A stretch of DNA of 63,618 nucleotides, filler included, from Platydemus manokwari (lineage: Eukaryota): assembly GCA_037951405.1 (NCBI GenBank). It is 6 parts of 6 records of this genome, joined end to end, with 100 filler letters (N's around TTAATTAATTAA, not from the genome) between each part and the next. Parts side by side here need not be neighbours in the genome. Positions count along the whole stretch, not along the records: positions 22,233 to 33,569 come from JBBMOY010753314.1; positions 33,670 to 45,233 come from JBBMOY010595549.1; 4 more parts are not named here. One strand, given 5' to 3'. Both the position numbers and the translations under genes were made by a program. The notes beneath the pieces were generated by a model. That model was given only the letters and a program-made list of their open reading frames with translations. It was not told the DNA's origin and did not search any database. Each line of letters starts with the position of its first letter. The first letter of the stretch is position 1. Positions 27,130 to 38,935 of this stretch are shown here, piece by piece.

Positions 27130-27600
27130 TGAAATGTATTAAAGTTAAATGTATTTGTTTAACTATTCGTAGTTAAATAGATTCTTGGTCTCTTGACTTT
27201 TCAATTTGTTTTTAATATGTGGTTTGAAAATTAATAGCGGCTAACATGGCGACCACATATCTGCATTCGATTCTAAAAAGATACAAAACTTGAGAAAAAT
27301 TAAAGAAAAATGGACGAATATACTGAGACTATATTTAGAACATATAAAAAAGATATTAGGAAGACATAAACAAGAGACATAAAGGAAAATAAAAGACGAT
27401 ATAAAAGGAGATATAAAGGACATATGAAAGAAGGTATAAAAGGTGCATTAAAGAAGATAGTTAAAAATAACAGTATTTGGGTTTTTGTGTAAAAAAATTG
27501 TAGAGTATTTAATACAGAGACAACAAACCAAATCAACGATTTTATAGATAAAAGATATAAGATATTTAAACGTTTTACTCATAAAATTTGTATTATTTAA
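27130..27600 (+). repeat. Dispersed repeat family R1, copy 2
   Basis: Shares AAATAGATT...TGACTTTTCA.TT.GTTTTTAAT.TGTGGTTT, CACATATCTG.ATTCGATTCT.AAAAGAT and GATATAAAGGAGATATAAA blocks with 49130-49500. Confidence 0.75.
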
Positions 27601-29759
27601 GATTCTAGTTGAGAATGATTTAAGGGTTAACCTATGTCAAATTAAGAATAATTTTCATTAATCATGCACAATTTTTTACCTTTTTGTGAATTAATTAAAA
27701 AATTACTTTTTGTTTTTCAACGTGATATTGGTGTTGGGACTGACGTGTAAAAAATAGTAGCAAATGTCGGTACTTCAAAGAAAAAAAAGCCAATTAATTT
27801 TGTGACACTAGACAGTGAACTCCAAAAATAATATTCAATTGAGAATCAGTCACCTTTATTTCTAGTTATTTAAAATTGAAGTGAGAGCGTTTACTATGCA
27901 TCGATGTCGTCACTTTCAATAAAAAACTTTCTCAATTAGACAGAATTAACTTTTTAGAATCTGCCAGTAATTTTTTGAACTGTTTACGATGACGGCAATT
28001 TAAAGATTATTTTTGATTGGTAATACAAAGAATTAAAAACAAATATCAATTATTTATATTTATTATATTAAAATAATATAGAATTAATATACATAATAAA
28101 ATAAATGAAATATTTTAGAAATATTTTAAACATGTTATTGAAATTGAAAAAGGTGAAAAAATCAAATAATCTGGATATTAATCAAGAATATTAAAGTTAA
28201 TGATCATTTTAAGAATGTCAAATAGTTATTTTAAATAAAAATAAATTCAATGAGAATAAAATATAATTTATGTTTAAAAGGTTGTGAAAAAATTATATAT
28301 GAAGTATTTGCTTTGAAAAGAAGAAGATTTGGATGAGTTGATTTTATGGAGATATATCGAACATTTTCTAAATAATGAAAAGGAAGAAAAATAAAATTGA
28401 TATTAAGCTAAACAATAGCTGAACAATACGGATGATCTGATAGACAATTGATTGTAAACTGAAAATATAAATATAATAGAGATTAAGCAACAATCGAGCA
28501 AGACAAAGCAAGAATAATCTGCATCATTACAATTTTGCAAATGTCTACTGTAAAAGATAAATTTATTAAAAATTTTAATAGACAAACAAAGACCAACTAA
28601 TAAAACGATTGATCTTAACAAGGTATGAACTAGAACTAGTAAACAATGAGGAAAATTTTATTAAATTGCTATACAGGATTAAAACTAAAGAGCCAATGCA
28701 ATACCTCCACGAAGGTTTTTGAAATTGTGATGAAAACACTTCAAATAAATGTAATCTTGTTTTTTTTAATCTTATTCCCCAAAACTTAAATAAAGTTTAT
28801 CCAAAGTAGGAAATTTGTCAATATTAAAAATTATTTTATTTCAGTTATAATCGACTACAATATTCTGATCATATAGAACTATTTGTTTTGTTTATGTATG
28901 AAATTAAATAAATAATTTAGCAAGTTAATTTGATTTAGCACAAATAATAAAATATTCATTCAATATTCCTAACATTTCATTGATGGATATCCGCAGTCCT
29001 ACTAAACATAATTAGTATGCAAATCTAATAATATTATTACGGAATGAATTATTTTTAATATTTATATTTTCTTAGAAGTTATCATTAACAATAATCTATA
29101 TGACATTGTATTTATTTTAATTAATATAGATAAATCTCGTCATTGTATTTATTGTAATATTAGAAGTAAACTAAATTTCGTACTGTTATTATTGTTTACA
29201 AAGATGTTTTTTCGTTTTAATTAAATTGTTTTATATAATTGTTATTTTAATTATTTGATTTGATTTTTCCTAATAAAAGAGTTGATTAGTTTCTTCTTCC
29301 AGTAACTACGTCTTTTACATAAATATCGTTAAACAGTAAAAAAAATATAATATTGTAGTAATTAAATTTATTTAGAATTTACTACTTATTTATTGTGTAT
29401 GTTGATTATATTTTCATCATTTTTTGAAATATGTGGTAGCGAACAAATTTTCATATTTACAACTTCATGAAAATTTTGATATCAATTTTATTGAATAAGT
29501 GATTACATGCTGTCAACAATTTGAAAGAAAAATAGGACAACTCATCGAATGACAAGATTTGGGTCGGAATAAAGAACTAATCTGGTTTGGTTACATAAAT
29601 TGAATTTTGATTCTCAAATCAAAGAAAAATAGAGACACAGCAGTTAGTTTAAGGTAAAAATTTATAATGACTACGGATCTTTAATCAGAAAAGATAAATG
29701 GTAATAATTGGATTTATTATCATGGTTGCACACATTTTCATAAATGTTGTTTTTAATAT

Positions 29760-30010
29760 TATCGGCTTATAAGCTGCAGCTAAAACGTACATAACGGCAA
29801 CATTTTTGAATTGCAGCTAATATGATGTACAGTTTATACAACAAAAAACAATTCAAATCGAATATAAGATTATTTATTTCAATTTTCAACATCACATACC
29901 TCAAAACCATCACACTTTTCATTGTCAATAAAAGTGAAATTTTCTAAATTTAATAAAAATGTCATCTGCAGCTAATACGCGCTGCAGCTTATACTCCGGA
30001 TTTTACAGTG
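29760..30010. mobile_element. Tc2/pogo-like transposon end with subterminal repeats
   Basis: Ends in GCAGCTTATACTCCGGATTTTACAGT, resembling the ...GCTTATACxCCGGAAAATACGG-TA terminus. GCTGCAGCT(A/T)A and CGGCTTATA motifs are repeated. Confidence 0.5.
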
Positions 30011-31004
30011 TTATTTTTAATATAATTATATAATTCTTTATTTTTAATAAATTATTTGAAAGATTTGTTTGTCAAAATTATTGTTATTATAATACAAGGT
30101 ATTATCATCCTCATTAGTTAATGAATGCAAGCTAAATTAAAGTGAACCGTTCTTGTATCAACTAAAGATTCATGAGAAGCCTTTAAACCAAATTGAATTT
30201 CAACAGTAACTTATTTTGTGTTACTTTTAAGTGACTGTAGTTGTCTTCTGTATTGTACTTAAATTTTAGAGTGCTGATACCATGTATTGATATGTTTCTT
30301 AAACATAGTAACATTCCTATTTTAATTAGTCCTAAATTAGGTCTAAAATAAGTTTTACAAGTTAGTTTTGTGCAATTATTTAAGTGACAATTTTAAATTA
30401 ACCAATATAATCAGAAAAAACACTATATTTTAAAATATGGTAGGCGCAATTCAATCCATATCAATTAGTAAACCAAACCTACTTTAAAACAGATTAATTT
30501 TCATAATTTATGCTTAATGAGGACTATCTACTAAGCACTTAGGATCAGATGCATTTACAGATGTATTTACAAAAACTTTATACAATGAAATGAAATGAGT
30601 TTTTGATTTTTTTGAAGAATTATTTGACTTTTTATTTAAAATTATTTCTGTTTTCTTGAGTGAGAAAAAGAAAAGATAAAAAACTTAATATACATCGAAT
30701 GTTTTATGTCTTTTTATTAAAACATGTCATACTTTTTTAAATAGAGTACGTTCATTTTCCATTTGATCTTATGAGTTTCTTAATCAATTGTTCATGAAAA
30801 AACTTACAATTCATATGTTTGAGCTCTACATTTTCCTTGCTGGGCCTTTCACTGAATTTCTTAATGAAGAAATAAAACAATTTCATTTTCAGTGGATAAA
30901 ACAAGATTTTAAAAAAACCGGAGCCAATCATAATCATTTTAAACTAAACATGCATTTAAAAATTGTATAAATTCGAAAAAAATATTTAAAATTTTTCATA
31001 CGAA

Positions 31005-31883
31005 ATGCTTTACTTGTGTTTTATTATTTTGTTTTCTAATGTAAATGCTCGCTTATTTTCTCTCGAAACGGCGTGTGTTTTCAACCCTATACTAAAGTCA
31101 AAAGCATTGTCATTATTGCAGTGTTCATTCTATTGCAGCAAGTGGGATCTTTGCAAGGGATATAGATATGATGTAAATCCACCAATGTGCCAAATGTATG
31201 CCTTTAATGAAATATGTAAATCTAGTACTGCATGTGTGCATGTGAGTTTGTTTATCAACAATCGTAGCAATAGTTTAGTAAGACCCTTTTTAATATAAAG
31301 CAAATTGTTACTTATATTTCAGTATGATGGAGATATCAGTGGACCTGCGTTTCAATTATTGAATGAAAGAGAAAATAAATTAGCCACTGGAAATCCTTCA
31401 GTATTTACTATTCTAAACAAAAATCAAGCTTTTCCTATCCTTAAAGGAAATAATAATATAATTATCATGGCAACGGGCTCATATAAGAAGAGCATGCTAC
31501 TAGTTCTTCCTAAAAATGAAATGGTTCGTGATAGTGATAATACTTTTTTTTGGTTACGAAAAAGATCTTTAAGATAGTTAACTGGAGGAAAATGTATTGA
31601 TTATTCAAAATGCTATTATTCTATTGAACAATATAAAAATCACATTAAAAAATCAAACATTGTTTTCGGTATTTCACATTTTTCAAAATTTGACATAAAT
31701 GATTTAATGAAATATGTTTCATCAAAAAATTGGAATTTCATTGTTGCCGGTACATACTGGCATCATCCAATTTCGAAACACATACAGCAACTGGTCAATT
31801 ATTACGGAATCAGAATAACTAACAAGTATGGTTACACAGATTGGATGATTAGAGGAAATATCTGTAAGAAGTTCACAATTTGA
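31005..31883 (+). CDS. Secreted PAN/apple-domain + TCAF/FAM115-like N-terminal-domain protein; join(31005..31241,31323..31883) with in-frame TAG at 31575-31577 (null allele, pseudogene or readthrough)
   Basis: Signal peptide, then a PAN pattern SLLQCSFYCSKWDLCKGYRYD...CQMY. Phase-0 intron GTGAGT...TTTCAG. Exon 2 reads PSVFTILNKNQAFPILKGNNNIIIMATGSYKKSMLLVL...SLR*LTGG...LMKYVSSKNWNFIVAGTYW...LVNYYGIRIT. The frame stays open for 101 sense codons after the TAG. Confidence 0.7.
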
Positions 31884-33460
31884 TCATCAACAATTTGCGG
31901 GTGTAGTTTAATAACAGAATTTAGAACTTTTAAATAATTTAATATAAAGTGGTTTGGATTAGTTATATCATTTATTTTATTTTTTATTATTAATTTTTCA
32001 CTGCAATTATCATGTAATCGCAACATTAGAAAGAATTCAAAAGTAAGCGAATAGAAAAAGTTATTAATGTCATTTTTGAATTTGATGGAGCTTTTATTGA
32101 TAATCCTTATCAGGCACACACATACACACACATTTAAAAGTTAGTGATGTTGTCAAGAATAAAATTTTCCTTAAAGTAAGGACTTTTCTTTAATACTTTT
32201 CTTCTATTATTAAAGTTTCCTTAAGTCTCCCTTCAACGGTAGTATTGGTTCTTAATTTAGTAGTCAACTCGTAAGTCAAATTGTGTCTGTCTTATGTTCT
32301 ATTATCCCTTGAAATTCAATGCCGTTTATGGGTTGTATAAACATGTTTTTTACATTGATAAATGATACATTGTTTGTTTATATTTTTGTATCAACTTTCA
32401 ATGGTATTTTACCAATAACTTACAGTTAAGTATCATTTGCTTACGCAAAACTTTCTACAGTAAATTCTATTTCGATATGGTATACTAATTTTAATATTTT
32501 TTTTGTTAAAAAGTTTATTTTTCTTTTGGATCTAGAAAACATATAAACGTTTTATTTTGAATTCTTATCTAAGTGCGTGGTCATATTCCAGGAATTTTAT
32601 TTATTATTAAAAATTTTATAATTATTTATATGTAATGATGAAATATTCTAGGGAATAAAAATCCTTATTCAATTCAAAATTTTTTTATATTTTCATTTAA
32701 AAACCATTTAAAATATCTGTACACCTGTTTTAAGATAATATAACTTTAATAATATAACTTATTGTAAATATAACAATATAAGTTGGAGTTATGATTGACA
32801 ATGCAGTCAATGTCTCTCTAAATATGGCATTTTCCTCTGCGTAATATTTGACAAACTGAAATAATTGTGTGCACTGTGCACTCCAGAATGAACATAAGAC
32901 AAGAAAGCAATATTTGCATTTTATAGACTCGGTTTTACAAGACCCATGCTTTGGTCACACATCTTAAATCAACCAGACAATCACTTTTAATATATCTCTT
33001 AATTATTACAATGATGTTCCAATGCGCATCACCTATTCTATTTCTGCTTGGTTTTGGTGGAATTCAACTCCAGGGAATATACCACAACTTTGTCAAATCT
33101 TGACTTTTAAAAGCAATTTGAACAATTTCTTCATAAATTTTAATTTCATTTTTTTTGAGCATTAAATTAAAAATTATTGTATTGTTCTCTTATAATTTCT
33201 TTTGATGCAATCAAAATTCGAATATTTATTACACAAAGAAAAGATTTCGTTACTTTTAACTGAAAGTCGCAATTATTAACAATAATAAAATAATATTTGT
33301 CTATCATCAAGAATTACACGTCCAAAAAGAACGAAAATACTGTATTTATTAATTTCTTTAAAAAACTGTCTTGAGCTTTTAACAAAATTTTATTGAAAAT
33401 CAACTTTTTTAAATTCTATTTTTTTACACAGCTCTTGTTTTCAACAATTATAAAATTATA

Positions 33461-33569
33461 TTAGGTTGGTGCAAAAATAATGGCCTTTTTTAAATTTTAA
33501 AGCTTTCTTTGTGCTCTGTTGTTTAGTCATTCTACATTGTTTATATTATCTTAGAATTTATTTAAATTT
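33461..33569. mobile_element. Mariner (Hsmar1/cecropia-like) terminal inverted repeat at contig end
   Basis: TA followed by TTAGGTTGGTGCAAAAATAATGGCC, close to the Hsmar1-type TIR TTAGGTTGGTGCAAAAGTAATTGC. Confidence 0.8.
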
Positions 33570-33669
33570 NNNNNNNNNNNNNNNNNNNNNNNNNNNNNNN
33601 NNNNNNNNNNNNNTTAATTAATTAANNNNNNNNNNNNNNNNNNNNNNNNNNNNNNNNNNNNNNNNNNNN
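33570..33669. other. Assembly gap/linker
   Basis: N44-TTAATTAATTAA-N44. Confidence 0.99.
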
Positions 33670-33922
33670 AGTACTGATTTTAGATTTAAATAATAAAATC
33701 CAATGATTTAATTAAAAAATATTTAAATGAGCTCAAATTAATTTCAAGAAAATTTTAGAATTATATCATACATAATAAATTCTACTTCTGAGTATTTTAA
33801 AACAGTCAATTTATTAATTATCAAAATTATTCCGAAAATTACATCATTTTTGTTAGTTATCAATTAAAACTAAGTTTGTTTAATTTAATCAAAGTATTCC
33901 TATTTATTTGTTTATTTTTAAA

Positions 33923-34367
33923 ATGGCTGGTGAAAATGATGGTATTCAAAAGTTATTATTTGCTGAAAAAGAAGCTGCTAAAAAAGTTAATGAAGCCAAA
34001 AAACGTAATCAGTATTAATTTTTTATTTTAATAATCTTGTTTATTAGAAAAAGCATTGAAATTACGCCAAGCAAAACAGGAGGCTCAAAAAGAAATCGAG
34101 AATGAAAAACGTATTATGGAGAAAGATTTTAAAAGAAAACAAGATAAAGTTAATAATAATAATTTAAAATATATATATTTGTTACATTATTTTTAGATAT
34201 TAGGTAGTAAAACTGATTACGAACAGAAGATAAATGAAAATACAGAGAGTCGAATTAACGAAATCACTCAGTTGGTATCGGAAAATAGAGATAAAGCTGT
34301 AAAAAGGCTTTTAGAATTGGTTTTGAATATTAATCCTGAGTTGCACACTAATTTTAGAAAGCAGTAA
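33923..34367 (+). CDS. ATP6V1G: V-type proton ATPase subunit G; join(33923..34004,34048..34148,34197..34367)
   Basis: Spliced product [45 protein letters not shown]...LLELVLNINPELHTNFRKQ* carries the GIQxLLxAEKxA...KQAKxEA...PELHxN signature. Two GT-AG introns of 43 and 48 nt. Missed by the ORF track. Confidence 0.95.
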
Positions 34368-34899
34368 AATCAATTATTTCAAAGTTAAATGGCATAATAT
34401 TACATGTTGATTTTGAGTTTAATACATATGAAATATGTTTTACATTTTGAAATCTGAATTTCTGGCATAATTGTAAAACAACTTATTTATAAAACCTGAA
34501 AAATTTTAAATACAAATGCAAAATTTATGTTTTAAAATTTTTTAAAAAAGTCATTGAAATATGAAGATGTCGCTTTAAAATTAATTAAAATTAAATCATA
34601 AAGTTTTCATAGATCATTAAATATGTAAAACTAATTTTAAACATTGGATATTTATTCAAGTATTTATATTTAACAATTGATATTTTATAATTCTGGCTTT
34701 CTTATTATCATAAATTATAAAAGTTAATTATTGATTCTTTAGACAAGTGAACTTAAGATATATAAATATCGAATTATGTTAACTTATGAGATAAATTATA
34801 AGTCAACTCTATAATCATCAATCATTGTTCCAGTTAAAGTTAATTTATTTCTAATTATTTATCTAATCCCGTTTTGATTGCAATTTCTACATGGGCAGC

Positions 34900-35492
34900 A
34901 ATGTTGATTTTGTTGGTTGTCAACAATGTTTAATTTCTTGCAAAATATTACAATCCCAATGATGTAGGTACTTTGATTTATTGTTGTGCAGATAATCGAG
35001 CAAGTCACGCGAATCACAACCAAGTAAATAGGAAATAAAAGTGAAACAAATAGGATTTTTAATTATTATAAATGAGATTAAACAAAATAAATGAAAATAG
35101 AAATAAATAATTAAACATGATATTTTCAAACCCAGAACTAACATCTAAGCCATGGCTAAGTTATTGTTAATCACCTGAGAAGAAAAATTAAGTATATAAG
35201 TGCAATAGAGATGCACAAAGAATTGCCTAATTCTCTCACTGGAACTTACAGTAGGACCATGTTTAATCTAACTATTGATTTTTTGGCGTATTGGTTGTAA
35301 AATTTTGATTTTTTTATTAGTTCAACTTGTTTGTCTGACTCCAGAGGTTGGTTGCGTTTACATTGTAGAAAATGATTTTGAAGTCAATATAATATGAGAT
35401 AAATAATAACGATTAATTAAAAATTAATTATCAATTACAAATAACAATGAACACAATAATTTCTTTATTGTGTAATGTTGTTGGTTTCCTGC

Positions 35493-35523
<31 letters not shown>

Positions 35524-35960
35524 CAGAACCTGTGAAGTGTTAACTCACTCAATCGATAAAGAAAAGTTTGGCGATACTATAGCTAGCCGTATAATCAATT
35601 AAAGCTATATAAAATAGGAGAAAACGAAGACGGTGCTTCATACGAAAAGTACTGAACTATATATCGCAGTACTGTTTGAAATAAATAATTTCTTGTTGGA
35701 ATCACCAACAAAATCCGCTGTTGAAAATCATTGTAGCTGAAATCTGGCAACTGTTAAATTGTGGTTATCTTGAGAAGTTGTAAATCAAAATTTGGTTTGG
35801 AAATTGTAACTGGTGCACGTTCTCAAATCGACTGTAATTGTAGCAAATTTTTAATTTATGGTTAATACAAATTGCGGAGAATTATGACCGTAAAAATCGT
35901 GTCTCTCTTACCGATAGTATTGGGTATTTTCAGTTTGTTTTATTTCTGTGGGCATACGTG
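34900..35960 (-). ncRNA. Candidate spliced non-coding transcript (or long spliced UTR)
   Basis: Three canonical minus-strand introns: 35911-35832 (GTAAGA...TTACAG), 35548-35489 (GTGAGT...ATGCAG) and 35249-35175 (GTAAGT...TTCTTCTCAG). The intervening exons have stops in all frames. Confidence 0.4.
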
Positions 35961-37689
35961 GCTAGTCACTCACGAGTTGCATTGAAATTATCGTCGAACT
36001 TATTTTATCAGTTAACCTCCCACATTCTTGCTGAGAATTTATTTTATGTAGTGAATAAGGTCAAAGAACTATTTCTATTTAATGAGCTGTCGTTATCATT
36101 TAAGCGTTCCTGTTTAATTTATTTATCTATAATACTATTTATCTTTCTAATTTTATAATCGTTACAATATACTCATTTATTACGTAAAATAACAAAAATT
36201 AATTAAATTCAGATACCGACACTAGTTTAAGTGAAATATTCAATAGTTTGTCAATTCTCTTTTTATATGATTTTACCTACTGTTTACTCTTAATCTACTC
36301 TGATTCGATGTGTCTGTAAAGTCTGAAAGCTTTTGATTTGTCGAAAAAAGAAATTTAATTTTATAAGTATACAAACAATTTCGCTGCATACCACATTTAT
36401 AATCTGTGTTCAGATTAGAAAAACATGATCTTGTTGAGAGTGTGCATTATGAATTAAAAACACGCAACTACTTATCAACATTTTTTTAGTGATTATCGAT
36501 ACATTTATTCTGTATTTATTTGTTATTTGAGATTAGAAAATAATTTTTAAATTTTATAGTGCCATTATTTTTATGAACTCTTACTCTCAATTTTTTAATA
36601 TTTGGATAAATATTTTAATATAAATTTAATCATAAATTTTGGTTAATTTAATCTTGTAGGTGTGGAATTAAACATACATAAGCGTTTTTCTTTTCATTGT
36701 TTAACGATTGGAATAATGCCCTTTCAACAGAGTAATTGCTTTGTCAAAAGTTATATCGGGAAGATCATTGAAAAGGAAAATAGGAGGATAGAAGACATTA
36801 GTCGATAGAATTTGAACATTAAAAAATTAAAAGAAAAACAAAGTTGTTTTCTCATTCTCTATATAAATCAAATTATTTGATAAGGTAATGCATACTCACA
36901 GGAATTTTATACAGAATAAATATTTTATTTTGTTCGTTTTTACTTTATATTAAAATTATAGTAACGAAAATTATGATTATTATGAAATGAGTTTGATGAA
37001 AACTTATGAAAAATATTTCGGATTGCAAATTTGAGTTCTTTGTTTTTTATAATTGCTGGGTTATGGCGGGGGTTTGACAATTTTTAATCAGCTTGTATCA
37101 TTATATAAATTTTATAATTGCATTAAGTTTAAATGAGAAACATTTTATGAAAATTCAGGGGCATTTTGCGTCCAACATGAATATAAAATATAATATAAAA
37201 TAATATAATGTCCAGTTGGAATAAAATATTATCCATGCTTTAAATAAAATAAATCACCGTGCATTTAGTCACATAGAATATCTGCGAATGACTCACTGCT
37301 GCCTATATAATGTAGTGACAGCAATGATTATGTGCACTATTGTTACATAAGAAGAACCACAGCGCAACACACCTGATCATTCACTGTCGCGTTTAGGATT
37401 AGGAAATGCCCAGTATCTCCTACTGGAAGAACAAATAGTGAGATGATACATTTAAAATCACATATTAATATTTTTATCACTGTTGGTTTTTCAAACAACA
37501 ATTTAAATGTGAAAATTTGTATTAACTCAAAGTCTCAATAACAACAAATCTCTACGCAATTCACAAAGAAAATCATTCAAGATGAGACCAGCGCCCAAAA
37601 GTAAAAAACAGAATAAAGAGTAATCAATAAGACTGATTACTGAAATCACACATAAGGTAAGCACTGAAATCACCTACCAAAAAAGTGTA

Positions 37690-38330
37690 GCAGGAATCCA
37701 TGGAACTCAACCTCCTTTATAGAGCCATCGGGTGTGTCTGCTTGATGTCACGGATTTTTGTTTTCAATTTGCTGAATTTGTGTTTGTGGATCGATTTACT
37801 CGAGGTTTTCCTTATATCTCTCGTGCCATTGGCTGATATTAGAGCTTGATGCCGTTTGTAGGTATGTGCATGTCTATTATTAGCTTCTAAATATGGATTA
37901 GCATTAGAATGAATCTAATTGGTTAACGGTGCGCGTGTTTATCGGGTTTGTATTGACCCTTTTTATTTTTTTCGATGGAACAGAAAACAGCGAAAAGACC
38001 AGTTGGCAAAAAATCACATAAACATCTTAAAACAGCATGAAGATGACCAATCAAGAAAAGCCGAAAGTTTCTCGTGAAATCCAAATCCTTTTATGGGATT
38101 ATCTTATGTATCCCCTTGATATCTGAGAGCTTTGCTTTTAATTTGATAAATTCGCTCACACTTAGATATGTTAGCAATTTTCCTTTCATCTCTCGTGCTT
38201 TGGGCGAATATTGGTGTCGGTTGCCATTTGTTACTATGCAACAGTCGATTATTAGCTTCTAAATATGGATTGATATCTAAGAGGAATCTGATTGGGTATT
38301 GGCACGTGCATTTATTGAATCTGTTATTTA
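37690..38330. repeat. Diverged tandem duplication of a ~260-bp unit (37700-37950 vs 38080-38330), possibly LTR-like
   Basis: Shared blocks CTTGAT.TC, TTTTCCTT..ATCTCTCGTGC, ATTATTAGCTTCTAAATATGGATT and GAATCT.ATTGG occur in the same order in both units. Confidence 0.75.
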
Positions 38331-38935
38331 AGTAAATAAGACTATTTAATACACTTTTTAAAATGGTTTTCACTAAGTTGGACAATCCTTTACTGAATGG
38401 TTTAAACGCAAACAATAGAATATTGTATATCTTGAGTGTTGTAAATTCCATTTATATCAATTAATAATTTATTTTCTGACAATTTAATTCATTCGATTAA
38501 TGAACAGTTTAATATTTTTCACTAAATTTTACCTGAATAATTCCTGATTATTTAGATTGTAAATACTATTAGTAACGCAAATCGAACTCTTCCTAATTAT
38601 CTGAAAAGGAGCAAATTAGTTTGGGGTAACTAAATCGTAACCTTGTACTTCTTTGAATTATTCGTATAACAGGAAAATTTTGATTTAATTTAATTTAATA
38701 TTATTAAAACCCAACAAAGCTTTAAAGAATAGTCGAATATATAAATTAAAATTCGAATTAATTCTATAATTCTAATAAATTAAAATATTAAATTGTTTTG
38801 TCATATAGCCTGTAGAATAGGTGTAAAGAGGGGTTTGAAAAAAATAGTTTAAAAATACATTTGAGAAATAGGGGAAAAAATCTTTATTTTAAAAAATATA
38901 CTTAAATTATTATTATAACAGGATATCATTCACAA

